From Eledone cirrhosa (Eukaryota), in contig OZ024742.1 of NCBI GenBank assembly GCA_964016885.1, positions 378,820,001 to 378,884,000 of the forward strand: DNA of 64,000 nt, read 5' to 3'. Below are positions 51,580-63,900 of this stretch, one piece after another. Positions within the stretch are counted from its first letter, which is position 1; each line of letters opens with the position of its first letter. Made by a program: the position numbers and the translations under genes. The notes beneath the pieces are model-generated. The model had not been told where the DNA came from. It saw only the letters and a list, made by a program, of their open reading frames with translations, and did not search any database.

Positions 51580-54035
51580 ATGAAGGATCAGTGGTGGAGT
51601 GAGAAGGCTGATGAGATACAAACTGCGTCAGATTACAATAACACAAAGCTCTTGTACAGTCTCTTGCGTGAAGTTTATGGACCGTCTTCTTCTCTGGTGA
51701 CACCGCTTCGCAGCAAGGATGGCAAAGAACTTCTTCGTGACTCACAAGGAATTCTACGAAGGTGGCGAGTGCACTTTCGGGATCTTTTGAATCAGCCGTC
51801 TGTCGTCAATGAAGATTTCCTCAATCTCATTCCAGAAAGTCCTGTGAAAGTAACTCTCGCAGAACCTGCGACGCTTGTGGAGGTTGCAGTGGCTATCTCG
51901 ACACTGAACAGTGGAAGGTCTCCAGGTATGGATGGCATACATGCAGAGCACCTACAATATGGTGGTGAGAGACTCCTGCAAAATCTTCACTCTTTGTTTA
52001 GCAGGATATGGGCTAATGAATCCGTACCTGAGGACTGGAGAGATGCAGTAATGCTGGTCTTGTACAAGGGAAAGGGTAACAGGAATGATTGTGGGAACTA
52101 CAGAGGTATATCATTGCTTTCTGTTGTAGGGAAAGTTTTATGTAGGGTGCTTCTGGACCGTCTGCTGACACACATTGCAGATTGTGTTCTTCCTGAAAGT
52201 CAATCTGGTTTTCGTGCTGGACTCGGCACTACTGATATGATCTTCTCAGCTAGACAGCTCCAGGAGAAGTTCATGGAACAAGGTTTGGATCTGTATCAGG
52301 TTTTTGTCGATCTGACAAAATCTTTCGATACTGTTAACAGAGATGCATTGTGGAAGTTCTCCAGAAACTTAGTTGCCCTGATAAGTTCCTTGCTTTAGTT
52401 AGGTCTTTCCATGACGACATGAAGGCTTGGGTTAATGTCGGATGTAACATGTCGGAGCCTATCTCAGGAAAAAATGGAGTGAAACAGGGGGATATTCCAA
52501 CACCGACCCTGTTTGCCATATAATTTGCAATGGTTTTCTATATTGCATTCAGGAATTGCAAGCATGGTGTTTACACCCGATATCGAACCTCAGGCAGCAT
52601 ATTTAACATCAGGCGCTTGGCTGCAAAAACAAAAGTATTCACATCAATCATAACAGACCTCTTGTATGCAGATGATTGCGATCTTGTAGCGCACACAGAG
52701 AGTGATATGCAGCACATTTTGAATGCATTTTCTGATGCTTGCACTGTCCTAGGATTGACTGTCAGTCTCAAGAAAACCGTCGTCATGTACCAACCTGCCC
52801 CTGGTAAGCAGTACAGTGAACCAAATATCTATGTGTATGGTAAACGACTTGCAGTGGTTGATCAGTTTGTCTACCTGGGAAGCACTGTCAATCGATACAG
52901 CAACCTTGATAATGAAATCCCACTCAGGATTAGGAAAGCAAGTGATGCTTTTGGAAAGCTAGAAAGGCGACTCTGGGGTTGGCGAGACATATGCAAGAAG
53001 ACAAAGGAAAAGGTGTACAAGGCATGTGTGTTCTCTTCTCTTCTTTATGCCTACGAGACCTGGGTCACATATCGACACCACCTTAAGCAATTGAAGCGTT
53101 TCCATCAGATGTGTCTCAGACGGATCCATGGCGTTCACTGGAGGGACAACATCAGTGATGTCGAGATTTTGGAAAGCTTTCTGTGTGACAGTATAGAAGC
53201 TCTTGTGCTTAAGCAAAGACTCCGTTGGAGTGGTCACCTTGCCAGGATGAAGGATTCTAGAATACCAAAACAACTCTTTTATGGAGAGTTAGTTAAAGGA
53301 AAACGACCGCCACATAAACCAAAAAAGAGGTATAAGGGTTCCTTGAAAACCTCTTTGAAAGACGCTAACATCTCTGCTGATACATAGGAAAATGTTGCTG
53401 CTGATCGTAATAAATGGAGAAAAACTGTATATGAGGGAAAAGTTGCCTTTGAGGCATCACGAATCGCATACGAGAAAGTAAAGCGGGATGTGAGGAAGGG
53501 CATTACTGTTGCACTTCCAGACGGCGAAGGTCCTCCTATGGCGCTGACATGCAGCGTCTGTGCGAGACTCTGCCTAAGCAAAGCTGGACTCGAAAGTCAT
53601 CTTCGCTGTCATAAAGTAAGACCAGTGGTTGACTACCAGGCTGCTGTTGGAGATGCTACTCATCATGTTTGCCAAACATGTGGTAGAGAATGTAAATCAG
53701 CAGGAGGGCTCAAGCGACATGCAAAAGTACACGAACTCCAACCACAGCCGGCTATTCCCAGTGAATGTTTTGGTTGCCGACTCTGTGCAAGACATTTTAG
53801 ATCATTGGCTGGGCTAAAAAGCCACATTCGATCGCAGCGCTGTTAATTACTATCGTGTGTGTAAGTGTGTATAGATATGTTTATGTGTGTGCGATGTGTA
53901 TATATATATATATGTATATTATTATTGTTGTTGTTGTTGTCGTTATTATTATTGTTGTTATTATTATTGTTATTATTATGGGTTTTTTTCCTCGTGCAAT
54001 GGCCATACTCGATAACGAGGGGGCAGCCATCATGT
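51580..54035 (+). mobile_element. RTE-clade LINE, 5'-truncated and disrupted (RT plus three C-terminal C2H2 fingers)
   Basis: SPGMDGI, CGNYRGISLLS, QSGFR, FVDLTKSFDTV, GVKQG, LYADD, FVYLGS and LRWSGH motifs. Frameshift near 52355, stops at ~52520 and 53385, ORF end at 53846, (ATGT)n tail. Confidence 0.92.
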
Positions 54036-54720
54036 ATGTATATATGTACGTACGTATGTATGTATGTGTATTTGTATGCGTGTGTGTATGTGTGTGTGTG
54101 AATGTGTGTTTGCGTGTATATATCCATGTGTGTGTGTATATGTATGTATCCGTGTGTGTCTGTGTGTGTGTGTTTGTGTGTGTATATATGTGAATGAGTG
54201 TGTGTGTGTATGTCTGTGTTTGTGTGTGTATGTGTGTGTGCATGTATGCATGAATGTGTGTGTGTATATGTATGTGTTTGTGTGTGTGTATGTGTGTGTG
54301 CATGTATGCATGAATGTGTGTGTGTATATGTATGTGTTTGTGTGTGTGCATTTATGTGTGTGTATGTGTGTATGTATGTGTGTGTGTATGTATGTTTATG
54401 CATGTGTGTTTGTGTGCATGTCTGCGTGTGTATGTGTCTGTGTATATATGTGTGTATATGAATATTTATGTAAGCGTGTGTGTAGGTGTGTATGCATGCG
54501 TGTGTATGTGTGTATGAATGAGTGTGTGTGTATGTCTGTATGTATGTCTGCGTGTGTATGCATATGTGTGTATTTGTGAGTATGTCTGCGTGTATGTGTG
54601 TATGCATAAGTGTGTGTGTATGTGTGTATGTATGTGTGGGTCTGCGTGTGTATGCATATGTGTGTGTTTGTGAGTATGTCTGCGTGTGTGTGTATGTGAG
54701 TATATATATGCGTGTGTTGC
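54036..54720. repeat. Degenerate (TG/TA) microsatellite field
   Basis: Direct inspection. Confidence 0.9.
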
Positions 54721-55102
54721 CATATTTATGCCACCTACGTGTCATAACCCTTTATATACAGGTATGTATCTGTTGGCATCGAGATTTTAAAGGTGTATAT
54801 TCTTCATTTGATTAGTTATACGAACTAAAGACATCAAAAACCGAGGCACGGTATTGATAAAAAATAGATCCTGCTGTGTAGTTTTGAGGTAGAGATCAAT
54901 ACATTCTTCTTTGACGTTCTGATCTATTGATTGGTCGTCTCTGTTGAAACATCGCTCAATTCAAATATATACCTGTAGTTGTTTATGTTGTTCTATTGTG
55001 AACCAGAATTATATTATTTCCCCTTCTTTGATACATATTCAACATTAATCAGCTTCTCTCACTATTGCTGTACAATATACTGATTTAATGTTATTATAAG
55101 AA

Positions 55103-55962
55103 TGGTGGCGGTGGATTGGCAGTATCGGTAGAGCGTTGGACGCATGCTTTGCAGCATAGAGTTACGCCCCTTTATGGTCTGAGTTCAAATCCAGCCGAGG
55201 TTAACTTTTGCCTTTCATCCTTACGGGGTCGATAAAATAAAGTACCAGTCACGCAGTGGGGTCGATTTAATCGACTTTCCCCTCCCCCAAAATTGCTGGC
55301 CTTGTGCCTATATAAGAAACCATTAAGGGCGGGGGGATTGGCAGTATCGGTAGAAGGTCGGACACCATGCTTTGCAGCATAGAGTTACACCCCTTTATGG
55401 TCTAAGTTCAAATCCCGCCGAGGTTAACTTTGCCTTTCATCCTTACGGGGTCGATAAAATAAAGTACCAGTAATATACTGGGATGATTGCTGGTCTTGTG
55501 CCAAAAATAGAAACAATTATAAGGGTGGTGGTGGGTTGACAGCAATCGGATATGACTTGCGGCGTACAATTGCGTCCCTTCAGGTTCTGAGTTCAAATCT
55601 CGCCGAGTTTAACTTCGCCTGTCATCTTTACGGAGTCCTTAGAATAAAGTACCAGTAACACGCTGGGGTAGATTTAATCAATTTTCCCTTCCCTTCAAAA
55701 TGTTGTACATGTACCAAAAGGAGAAATTATTATAACACTCTGTAAAGACTGTCTATTGGTAGAACCTTTGGAGTATCAGACACAATGTCCCGTGGTATTT
55801 AGTTGTGGCCCGTTACGTTCTAAGTTCAAATCCGCTGGGGTCAGCTTTTCTTTTTATCCTTCGGGAATCGATAAATTAAAATATCAGTCACATACAGGGG
55901 TCGTTGTAATCGATTTTCCCCACCCAGAAATTGCTAGCCGTGTGCCTGAATTAGAAATTATT
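55103..55962 (+). mobile_element. Four head-to-tail Nin/Deu-type SINEs
   Basis: Heads at ~55103, 55326, 55522 and 55755, each with a B-box (GTTCAAAT), core and ATTA tail. Confidence 0.85.
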
Positions 55963-56401
55963 ACATCTTTCTGTAAATGTTATTACTGAATAATTCGTTG
56001 TGGTATCCGCAGCTGTATAGGAAGGAAGTTATTGTGGAGCCCATTCTGTAGTACATTTTATGCTATCTCACACAACAAAAGTTACTAAAGCCCTTGCCAC
56101 CCCCTCCCCATGAATGTTTGCAAAGGAGTGGACTCCCGGAAAGGCGTCCAAGTAGGCCGCGGTGGGATCTGAACTCGGAATGCAAAGAGACGGGGCATAT
56201 ACTGCAAAACATCCTACCTGACACTTTAACAACTCCGCCAGTCTTTAATCTTTTAACAAAATTCAGTCGACAAAAATACCCTCACTTTCTTACTTGGAAA
56301 AAGTTACATCTATGGTGCAAATTTGGTGCCGTTTGGTCCAGTCACTTGGCGGAAAGTTTGTTACTTACATACGGCCGTCAGCTTTATTAGTATATATATA
56401 T

Positions 56402-57146
56402 TCTGGGGTCTTTCCTCATCTGAGTGCTCAAGCTACAGACCGATTATGCATATACGCTAGCTTGGCCGTATTCTAAAGCTTCGTCAATCCTGTACTAAAA
56501 TTTATATTTACTCCTAGAATTAACGATTAACTGATTAATTTAATTAGATGATTCTATTGATTGACTAATTGTTTAAGTTTGTTTGATAACTTCTGGTTGA
56601 GTGCTTTATTCGGTTTGTCTAAAGGGATTCATTCCTTTATCTAAAATTATAATTCACTGCCTAAGCGGGGGTTACCTCCCTTGGAGTAAACCACGTGTCT
56701 GTGGCGACTTTTAAAGCTACAACATACTCGCTCAGGCTAAGAACGAAAGACTTGCTGAAGACGTAAATCCTATGTTCTGTCGTCAAAAACCATTATATTG
56801 CAGACTCCTGCAATAGGAATTTGTCGATCTTGGATTTGCAGAAACTTAGCGCTGATGTTGGATGCTATATGTGATGTATATTGTTGATATACGATGTAAA
56901 TTATATATTTTGCACTCAGCCTCACCGCTATGTCCGGGTCAGTATAAAATCTTTTCCTGGGTCCTGTATTTTCGTTGCTCTTGTGATGCGGCTGAACTAC
57001 CGACCGCTATATCTGATTTGCTAAGCTGTCTGAACGTAATGTTATTACTCTGGGGTCTTTCCTCATCTGAGTGTTCAAGCTACAGACCGATTATGCATAT
57101 ACGCTAGCTTGGCCGTATTCTAAAGCTTCGTCAATGCTGTACTAAA

Positions 57147-57153
<7 letters not shown>
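56402..57153 (+). mobile_element. Terminally redundant non-coding element (647-bp unit plus ~105-bp direct repeat) with an HHR-like core
   Basis: Direct repeats at 56402-56507 and 57049-57153. CTGAAGA (56755), GTAAATCC/GGATTTGC, GAAAC (56841). TA flanks. Confidence 0.65.
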
Positions 57154-57191
<38 letters not shown>

Positions 57192-57195
<4 letters not shown>

Positions 57196-57350
57196 AAAAA
57201 GTATGACCCCGACGGCAGAGCTCAAGCCGTCGAAACGGCTTGAGCTCTGCCGTCGGGATCATACTTTTTCCTATTTACCACTCTACTACCCTAAGTATTG
57301 AGTACTCTGGTGCGTTATGGTCCATCTGGTTCCTTACCACAATTCCATTG

Positions 57351-57352
<2 letters not shown>
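57192..57352 (+). mobile_element. Minimal Naiad pLTR insertion forming a 39-bp-stem hairpin plus tail
   Basis: Arms at 57192-57230 and 57235-57273 (one mismatch); homologous to 4580-4706; (TA)n on both sides. Confidence 0.88.
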
Positions 57353-57386
<34 letters not shown>

Positions 57387-57984
57387 GATGTAAAATAAGA
57401 AAATTATAAAAATTAACTTACTTAATAAAATTAACTTACTTACTAAAATTTCACTCCAACTAATTAGTTTCTGAAAGGGAATAAACATGGTTTCCGAATG
57501 GAACGCATGAAGAAGGCCTTTCGTCATCAGGAAGTCTATTCTCAGCTAAGTTCCCAGGCGATGCGTGGACACAGGGAACTTATACAAAAATAATTCAGTG
57601 GATGGAAAAAAGCAAGCGTGGACTAAATTCCAAGACATTGAAAAAATCACTGCCTACTTGGTCGGTGGCAAATTCAAAAGAATCAATCACGTGACATCGA
57701 GGTTAATCAGTGAGGAGTGGGGTGTTAAGAAGACAGCAGCCGAACTATTACTATGAACTATAATACCAGTTTTGGCAAATTTTTGCTCAACAAAATAATT
57801 TGGAGATAATTATAAAGAATTAGTATATCTACCAACATATATATACCTATGCTAGCAAATATATAGGTTTTGTCTTAGTAACTTTGTGGTTCAATGCAAG
57901 GGGATGCAGAACAATTATATGAAAGACGTAAAATATATTCTTTATAATTCTTTATAATTCTTTATAATTCTTTATAATTATCTC

Positions 57985-58322
57985 CATTCTTGAGAAATCA
58001 TCAGGAATCTGGGTATCAAAAAATAAATATGGTATTTATAGGTCTCTTCATAAATTATAGCTTTAAAGAATTAGCTTTTAATGAATTCCCTTTTCTATCA
58101 ACCAATGACCTCTACCCATCCCACTTCCTACCCTCTCCTACCACCAGAAGAGACCTATAAATACCATATTTATTTTTTGATACCCAGATTCCTGATGATT
58201 TCTAAAGAATGAAACAGTTCTAGTCCTGTAGAATCTCATCTATATTAAAACTTTTATACTCTGCTATGTATTGAGTATCTTACTTACTGTGGTTACCTCC
58301 GATTCAACCCGGAATAACGTAC

Positions 58323-58323
<1 letters not shown>
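57985..58323 (+). mobile_element. Fold-back HHR cassette (arms 57985-58049 and 58147-58211)
   Basis: 65-bp inverted arms; the left arm carries the 5' half of the HHR; ends at (TA)n. Confidence 0.75.
58186..58236 (+). ncRNA. Type I hammerhead ribozyme
   Basis: AGATTC-CTGATGA-T TTCT aa AGAA T-GAAACAG ttctagtc CTGT A-GAATCT. Stem I is a perfect 6 bp and the site is GUA. Confidence 0.85.
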
Positions 58324-58406
<83 letters not shown>

Positions 58407-58614
58407 GGGATAACAAGTTATCGTTGTAGGCTTTGAGGTAGTCCTGTTAGAGCACTCGGTGTTGTGGACGGTATTAACGTGTGGCTTAGTTTGACTCAAC
58501 AAGAGGCTTCCATAGTGATGCACTGAGTTCACGGTGATTTCTATGTAGGTTATACTTGGAGTAATAATAATTCAAGAAATAAGAGTAACATGGTAGTCTG
58601 TACAATAAGGTATG

Positions 58615-60012
58615 TACACAGACATTCAATGAAGAACCGTGCACTGGTGAATTCCACTACCCTCGCCAATAAAATCTGGCAACTTAAGAACAAAAACCTT
58701 GATTACAATATTAGCTGGTCGAAATTAGCGGCCGCAAAGGCCTATAGCAGCGGTATGTCCCATTGCGGGCTCTGCAACCTTGAATTGCTACATATCTTAA
58801 GATACGATAAAATGCTGCTTAACAGCAAAATAGAAAAGTCAATTTTCTGCAGACATAGGATTGCTACTAAATTTACGAGATTTAAACCTCCGTGATTCGA
58901 ACCAGTATCCCCAAACTTAATGGAAAATCACTTAGAATTTAACGTATGAAAATCCGCATTCTCACACAGCCTGCTTCAGAACCATAATCTTTTATAAACA
59001 CCTTCCAGCCTCCCTACATCTATACCACCGAGAAGGGGCAGTAATATCTACAAACATCTACCAATTATCATGTCAGCCCATAAATAAATCTAACCTTTGC
59101 TGTTGTTTATTATTTCGGACCAAACAATTATATCTACATATCTCATATTAGCACCCATGATCTCTAACAGATGAACTTAATTCTAAGTACATTATCTTAT
59201 TACCCGTACACTCCTTGTAACTCTTATTTTCTCACTTTCTTCTTATTACTATTATGATCATCTCAATGTACCCTATCCCTAATTTTATTCATCATGTTCT
59301 CTATCTATTTACGATGCATATTTTATTGCTGATTTATTGTCTTAATTATACGCTATTTGTCATCGAAGTTGTGAAAACTAAACCCCCATGATTCGAACTA
59401 GCAATCCCAACATTCAGAATAAGTCACTTAAACCTTAAAATACTGAATCTAAAATTTCACTTAATACTACCTAAGAACCATATATCTATCAATAACTAAG
59501 TTAATACAACGTAAATACTTATCTATCAGACCATAAATCTACCTCCGGTTTATTGCTAGCGTGCCTTAGACCCACAGTGCACTTGTATCTAGATCACTCA
59601 TAATTGCACTTAAAGGGACAAATTCCCAAAATCTGACTCTGGGTACGTTTTATTAGTTATCTTTTCATCCCTTAAAAACTACACCTAAAGTAACCTATAG
59701 TTTTCACATGTCAACTTCATACATCTGTATCATATCAGTTCGGTTACCATGCTAGATTTATCATTTTCTCACTTATATTGTTGTTATTAATTTAACTATT
59801 CAGTATCTATTTATTTTGTTATTGATATTATTGTTCTGGTCTAATACCACTCCTCTATAAAAGCCATGCCTTGTGTACATTATCCTCACATTCGCTTGCT
59901 CTGATGAATTAACTGGTTATAAACAAAGTATTGGAGATCGATTGACGCAACATCTAGCGATTAGCGAACTCTAGACCTACCAGCTCAAAGAAACAATTGT
60001 CAGCACTGTGAA
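58615..60012 (+). mobile_element. Naiad PLE 3' fragment (endonuclease C-terminus, 3' UTR, pLTR)
   Basis: STTLANKIWQLK..YNISW..AY..CGLCNLE..LLNSK..FCRH with stop at 58895; HHR at the 3' end. Confidence 0.85.
59897..60005 (+). ncRNA. Type I hammerhead ribozyme with an ~80-nt stem II domain
   Basis: TGCT-CTGATGA-...CTGGT...ACCAG...-GAAAC AATT GT C-AGCA. Confidence 0.7.
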
Positions 60013-60029
60013 TATATAATATATGATAG

Positions 60030-61385
60030 TGAGAGAGAGAAGAGAGAAGAGAAGAAGGACACAAATAGTGAGAGAGAGAGAAGGAAACAAGCGAAGATGA
60101 ATGAAAAGCTTATATAACGTGAATTTGAGGGAAATATATTCGAACAATTATCTATGTATATATGTAAGTATATATTTAGTATGTGTATTTATATTAAAAG
60201 ATATTTTACGATTATTAGTTGTTTAAAATTTGTTTATAATATAATATGAGTCACGAGGGATGTTTTTCATTTGTTTTAAGTAGATAAATAAATAAAATAA
60301 TAATAAATGGGTATATCATGTTATAGATAGTTGTTCTAATGAGTTATGAGGGATATTGGTTTTGTATTTTATGTAAATAAATATGTATTTAAAATTGAGA
60401 ATGATTTAAAATTAAATTAAATTAAATTAACTGAGTTAAGTAATAATTGTTTCTACTTTTGGCACAAGGCCAGCAATTATCCCAGTGTATTACTGGTACT
60501 TTATTTTATCGACCCCGTAAGGATGAAAGGCAAAGTTAATCTCGGCGGGATTTGAACTCAGAATGGCAAGGGCCGTAACTCTATGCGTCAAAGCATGGCG
60601 TCCGACCCTCTACCGATACTGCTAAGTAATAATATTTATATTTATCAGATTGAAAAGGGAAAATAAAGAAAAAATTCCGATTTTATTTATTTATTCGTTA
60701 GTGTGAGACTATTTAGTCAAAATAAGTATGGATGTTTAAGATACATTTAGCTAGAATCAGTTAGTGGTTATTAATCTATTGAAAAAATATTGAAAAAATA
60801 TTGAATAAATAAAAAAAAAATTAAAAAGAAATTTTGAAAAAACCTTGAAAAAGTTTCTTGAGAAAATTAAAACAAAAAAACAAAAAAAAACAAAAAATAA
60901 GAGATAAGTAATTTTTTAAAGAAATAAAAAATTAAAAATATATTAAAATTTAAATTTAAAAATTAGAATTTTATACGTATATATTATATGAAAATTTTTA
61001 AGAATTGGAAGTACAGCAAATGTTAGAGATATGATTTAGAGATATCAATATATTAAAACCAAGTAGATGAGATTGTTATGGAGATTAATAGGAATATTAT
61101 AAGTTATATATAGTTCTGAATGTTGAATTCTGGCGATGTCTACAAGAATGAAATAAATTCGTTCTTAGATTAATAGAGTTTTTACAGTTAAGTATATAAA
61201 AAATTTCCTCAATACACAATTTACATAATCTAGATAAAGCTGTGTTTCGGTATGCGGGTGCTTCTGAAACTGTTTTCCAAGCTAATGAATAGTCTATATT
61301 CTTGCATTTTAAGTTCCATATCAGGTTTGAAAGAGTAGTTGAAGATTTTTTATCAAATCTTCGAAAAGAAAAATTGTGGTTACTC
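60030..61385 (-). mobile_element. Naiad PLE 3' fragment (endonuclease C-terminus at 61097-61385 and T-rich 3' UTR)
   Basis: NHNFSF..STTLSNLIWNLK..YSLAW..AY..CKLCIEE..IN..SCRH; truncated at a (CT)n tract. The left boundary is uncertain. Confidence 0.8.
60448..60622 (-). mobile_element. Nin/Deu-type SINE nested in the Naiad UTR, 11-bp TSD
   Basis: TSD TAAGTAATAAT at 60437-60447 and 60623-60633. Confidence 0.88.
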
Positions 61386-61389
61386 TCTC

Positions 61390-61463
<74 letters not shown>

Positions 61464-61695
61464 ACTATAAACAATTTAATTCTCTTTAACTCCCTACACT
61501 GTAAATTGACGACATCAAGTCTACGAATCAAAACTGATCGAGGAATCCTTCCATCTTTACCCCTCCCTCCATCTCCGTTTGTCCCTCTACTTCCTAATTC
61601 TTCTCCCCCTTCTTCTCTCTCTATACTAGTAAATACGATTCCCCAAAAATGTTTTTTTTTATATATTAAGAACCTTTTACAAGTAACTTATTCAT

Positions 61696-61796
61696 TATTT
61701 TGAAAATTTTGAGGTGAATAACAGTTATTATCGAGTGGCTCCTATTTACAGTATAGCAATATAAGGTTGCGCTTACCAATGAAACGGTCGTAAATA
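61696..61796 (+). ncRNA. Candidate hammerhead (U3:A8 core, long stem II)
   Basis: TATT-TTGAAAA-...GGTGA...TTACC..-GAAACG gt CGT A-AATA. Confidence 0.45.
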
Positions 61797-62007
61797 CTCG
61801 GATAAAATCCTTTTTTTAAGGCTTACCTGTGTTTTCTCTTTTATTTTTTATACTCCAAGATTGAACGTGATTTACTAACCACATTCTTGCAAACTTGTAG
61901 AGTTACCCCTAGCCGTACGTTGAAACCGTCCAAGAAACTGGCTATCTTAACCACGAACTGGATTACAATAAGTAATTTTCTGCTTTCCTAACTATATATA
62001 TATATAT

Positions 62008-62070
62008 TAGAGTCTAGAAATAGCCGTCGAAACGGATTGAACTCTGCCGTCGGGGTCATACTTTTTCCTA
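62008..62070 (+). mobile_element. Naiad pLTR 3'-end fragment (3' half of the HHR) in (TA)n
   Basis: Matches 4566-4628 and 57225-57273. Confidence 0.8.
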
Positions 62071-62084
62071 TATATATATTATTT

Positions 62085-62250
62085 ATTTTAGTTTCAGAAG
62101 ATCCCGTTAAGGGTGAAAGCAGCGATTCTTTGCATAAACTTTAATCTGTTATTTTAATAAATATTTGCTCTAGGGTTCTTATATATTTGATATATATTTA
62201 TCCTTATCGAGCCCTCTTTGGATTTTAGTCTTCAAATTTATTATTATTAC
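62085..62250 (+). mobile_element. pLTR fragment with a mutated HHR
   Basis: GTTT-CAGAAGA-TCCC gttaa GGGT-GAAAGCA..TGC..AAAC; homologous to 39110-39236. Confidence 0.55.
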
Positions 62251-62263
62251 TATATATATATAT

Positions 62264-62299
<36 letters not shown>

Positions 62300-62419
62300 G
62301 CATACATATATATACATACGTACATACATGCATATATATATGCGTGTGTGTCTATACACACACAAAGGCATACATATTTATTTGTATATCGGGCTTTATA
62401 TACTGACATCATAGAACAT

Positions 62420-62809
62420 ATATGTATATATGTGAGTGTGAGTGCGTAGAGTGTATATGTGTGTGCGTAGGGGGTCTGTGTGTACGTGTGTGTGTGTGTG
62501 TGTATGTGTGCCTGCTTGCAGGTAGGTGTATATATGTGCGTATGTATATGTGTGTGCGTGGTGTGCTCTGCATGTCATGTGTGCGTGTGTATGTCTGTGT
62601 GTATGTGTCGTCATGCAGGTGGTTGTGAATATGTGTGGATATATATGCGTGTGTGTATGGGGGATCTGCATCTCATGGAGTATGTCTGTGTGTATGTGCG
62701 TTGTGCATGTGTGTATGTGTGTGTATATGCGTGTGCATGTGTGTGTGTGTATGTGTTTTCCTTCATGCAGGTATTTGTGTATATGTGTATATATACATAT
62801 ATACATATG

Positions 62810-62856
<47 letters not shown>

Positions 62857-62871
62857 CTCCATGCAGGTATT

Positions 62872-62917
<46 letters not shown>

Positions 62918-62969
62918 TGTATATATATGTGTGTGTGTGTGTGTGCGTGCGCGCCTCCATGCAGGTATT

Positions 62970-63021
<52 letters not shown>

Positions 63022-63571
63022 TATATATATATGTATATATATGTGTGTGGGGGGGGTGCGCCTCCATGCAGATAGTTGTGTATATATAGGTATGTATATA
63101 TGGGTGTACATAGCAACATGTATACACCCCTATAGGTAAAGCAGTACTGATATAGAATGCTTAAAACCGCCTCTCCATATATCCATGAAATTCTGATAAC
63201 TAACAAATGTTGCTCTTAGATCAAACAATAAAATAAAGGTTTTATTTTTTGTAAAGAAAATCTAGGAATGTTGTATGATTGTATTTTAAAGAAGAGTTTG
63301 GGGAGAACTTCCGCTGCTGGTTGCAGCGGCAACTCTCTGCTATAGACTGATAGACAAAATCGAAACTTCATTAAATCTTAGATATATCAATAAAAACGTT
63401 GGCTCACAGTTATATTGGATATATATATGTGTGTATATGGATATATAAATGTGTGTCTGTGTGTGTATAAATATATACATGTGTGTGTGTATAGATATAT
63501 ATATAAATGTGTGTGCGTGTGTGTGTATCTGTGTGTAAATATATATATAAATGTGTGTGTGTATAAATATA

Positions 63572-63609
<38 letters not shown>

Positions 63610-63681
63610 AATGTGTTTGTATAAATATATATATGTGTGTGTAAATATATATATAAATGTGTGTGTGTGTGTATAAATATA

Positions 63682-63727
<46 letters not shown>

Positions 63728-63836
63728 TGTGTATAAATATATATATATGTGTGTGTATGTGTGTGTAAATATATATATAAATGTGTGTGTGTGTATGTGT
63801 AAATACATATATAAATGTGTGTGTGTGTGTAAATAC

Positions 63837-63876
<40 letters not shown>

Positions 63877-63900
63877 ATAAATAAATATATATATATATAT
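62420..63900. repeat. Degenerate (TG)/(TA) microsatellite fields with local subrepeats
   Basis: Direct inspection; recurring CATGCAGGTATTTGTG and TATAAAT units. Confidence 0.85.

Noticed and set aside
55103-55200. tRNA genes at SINE heads
   Set aside because: A and B boxes are present but there is no cloverleaf, and each continues into a SINE core.
57488-57536. Minus-strand CTGATGA-stem II-GAAAC
   Set aside because: The core and stem II are present but stem I cannot be closed. It is counted only as a weak candidate.
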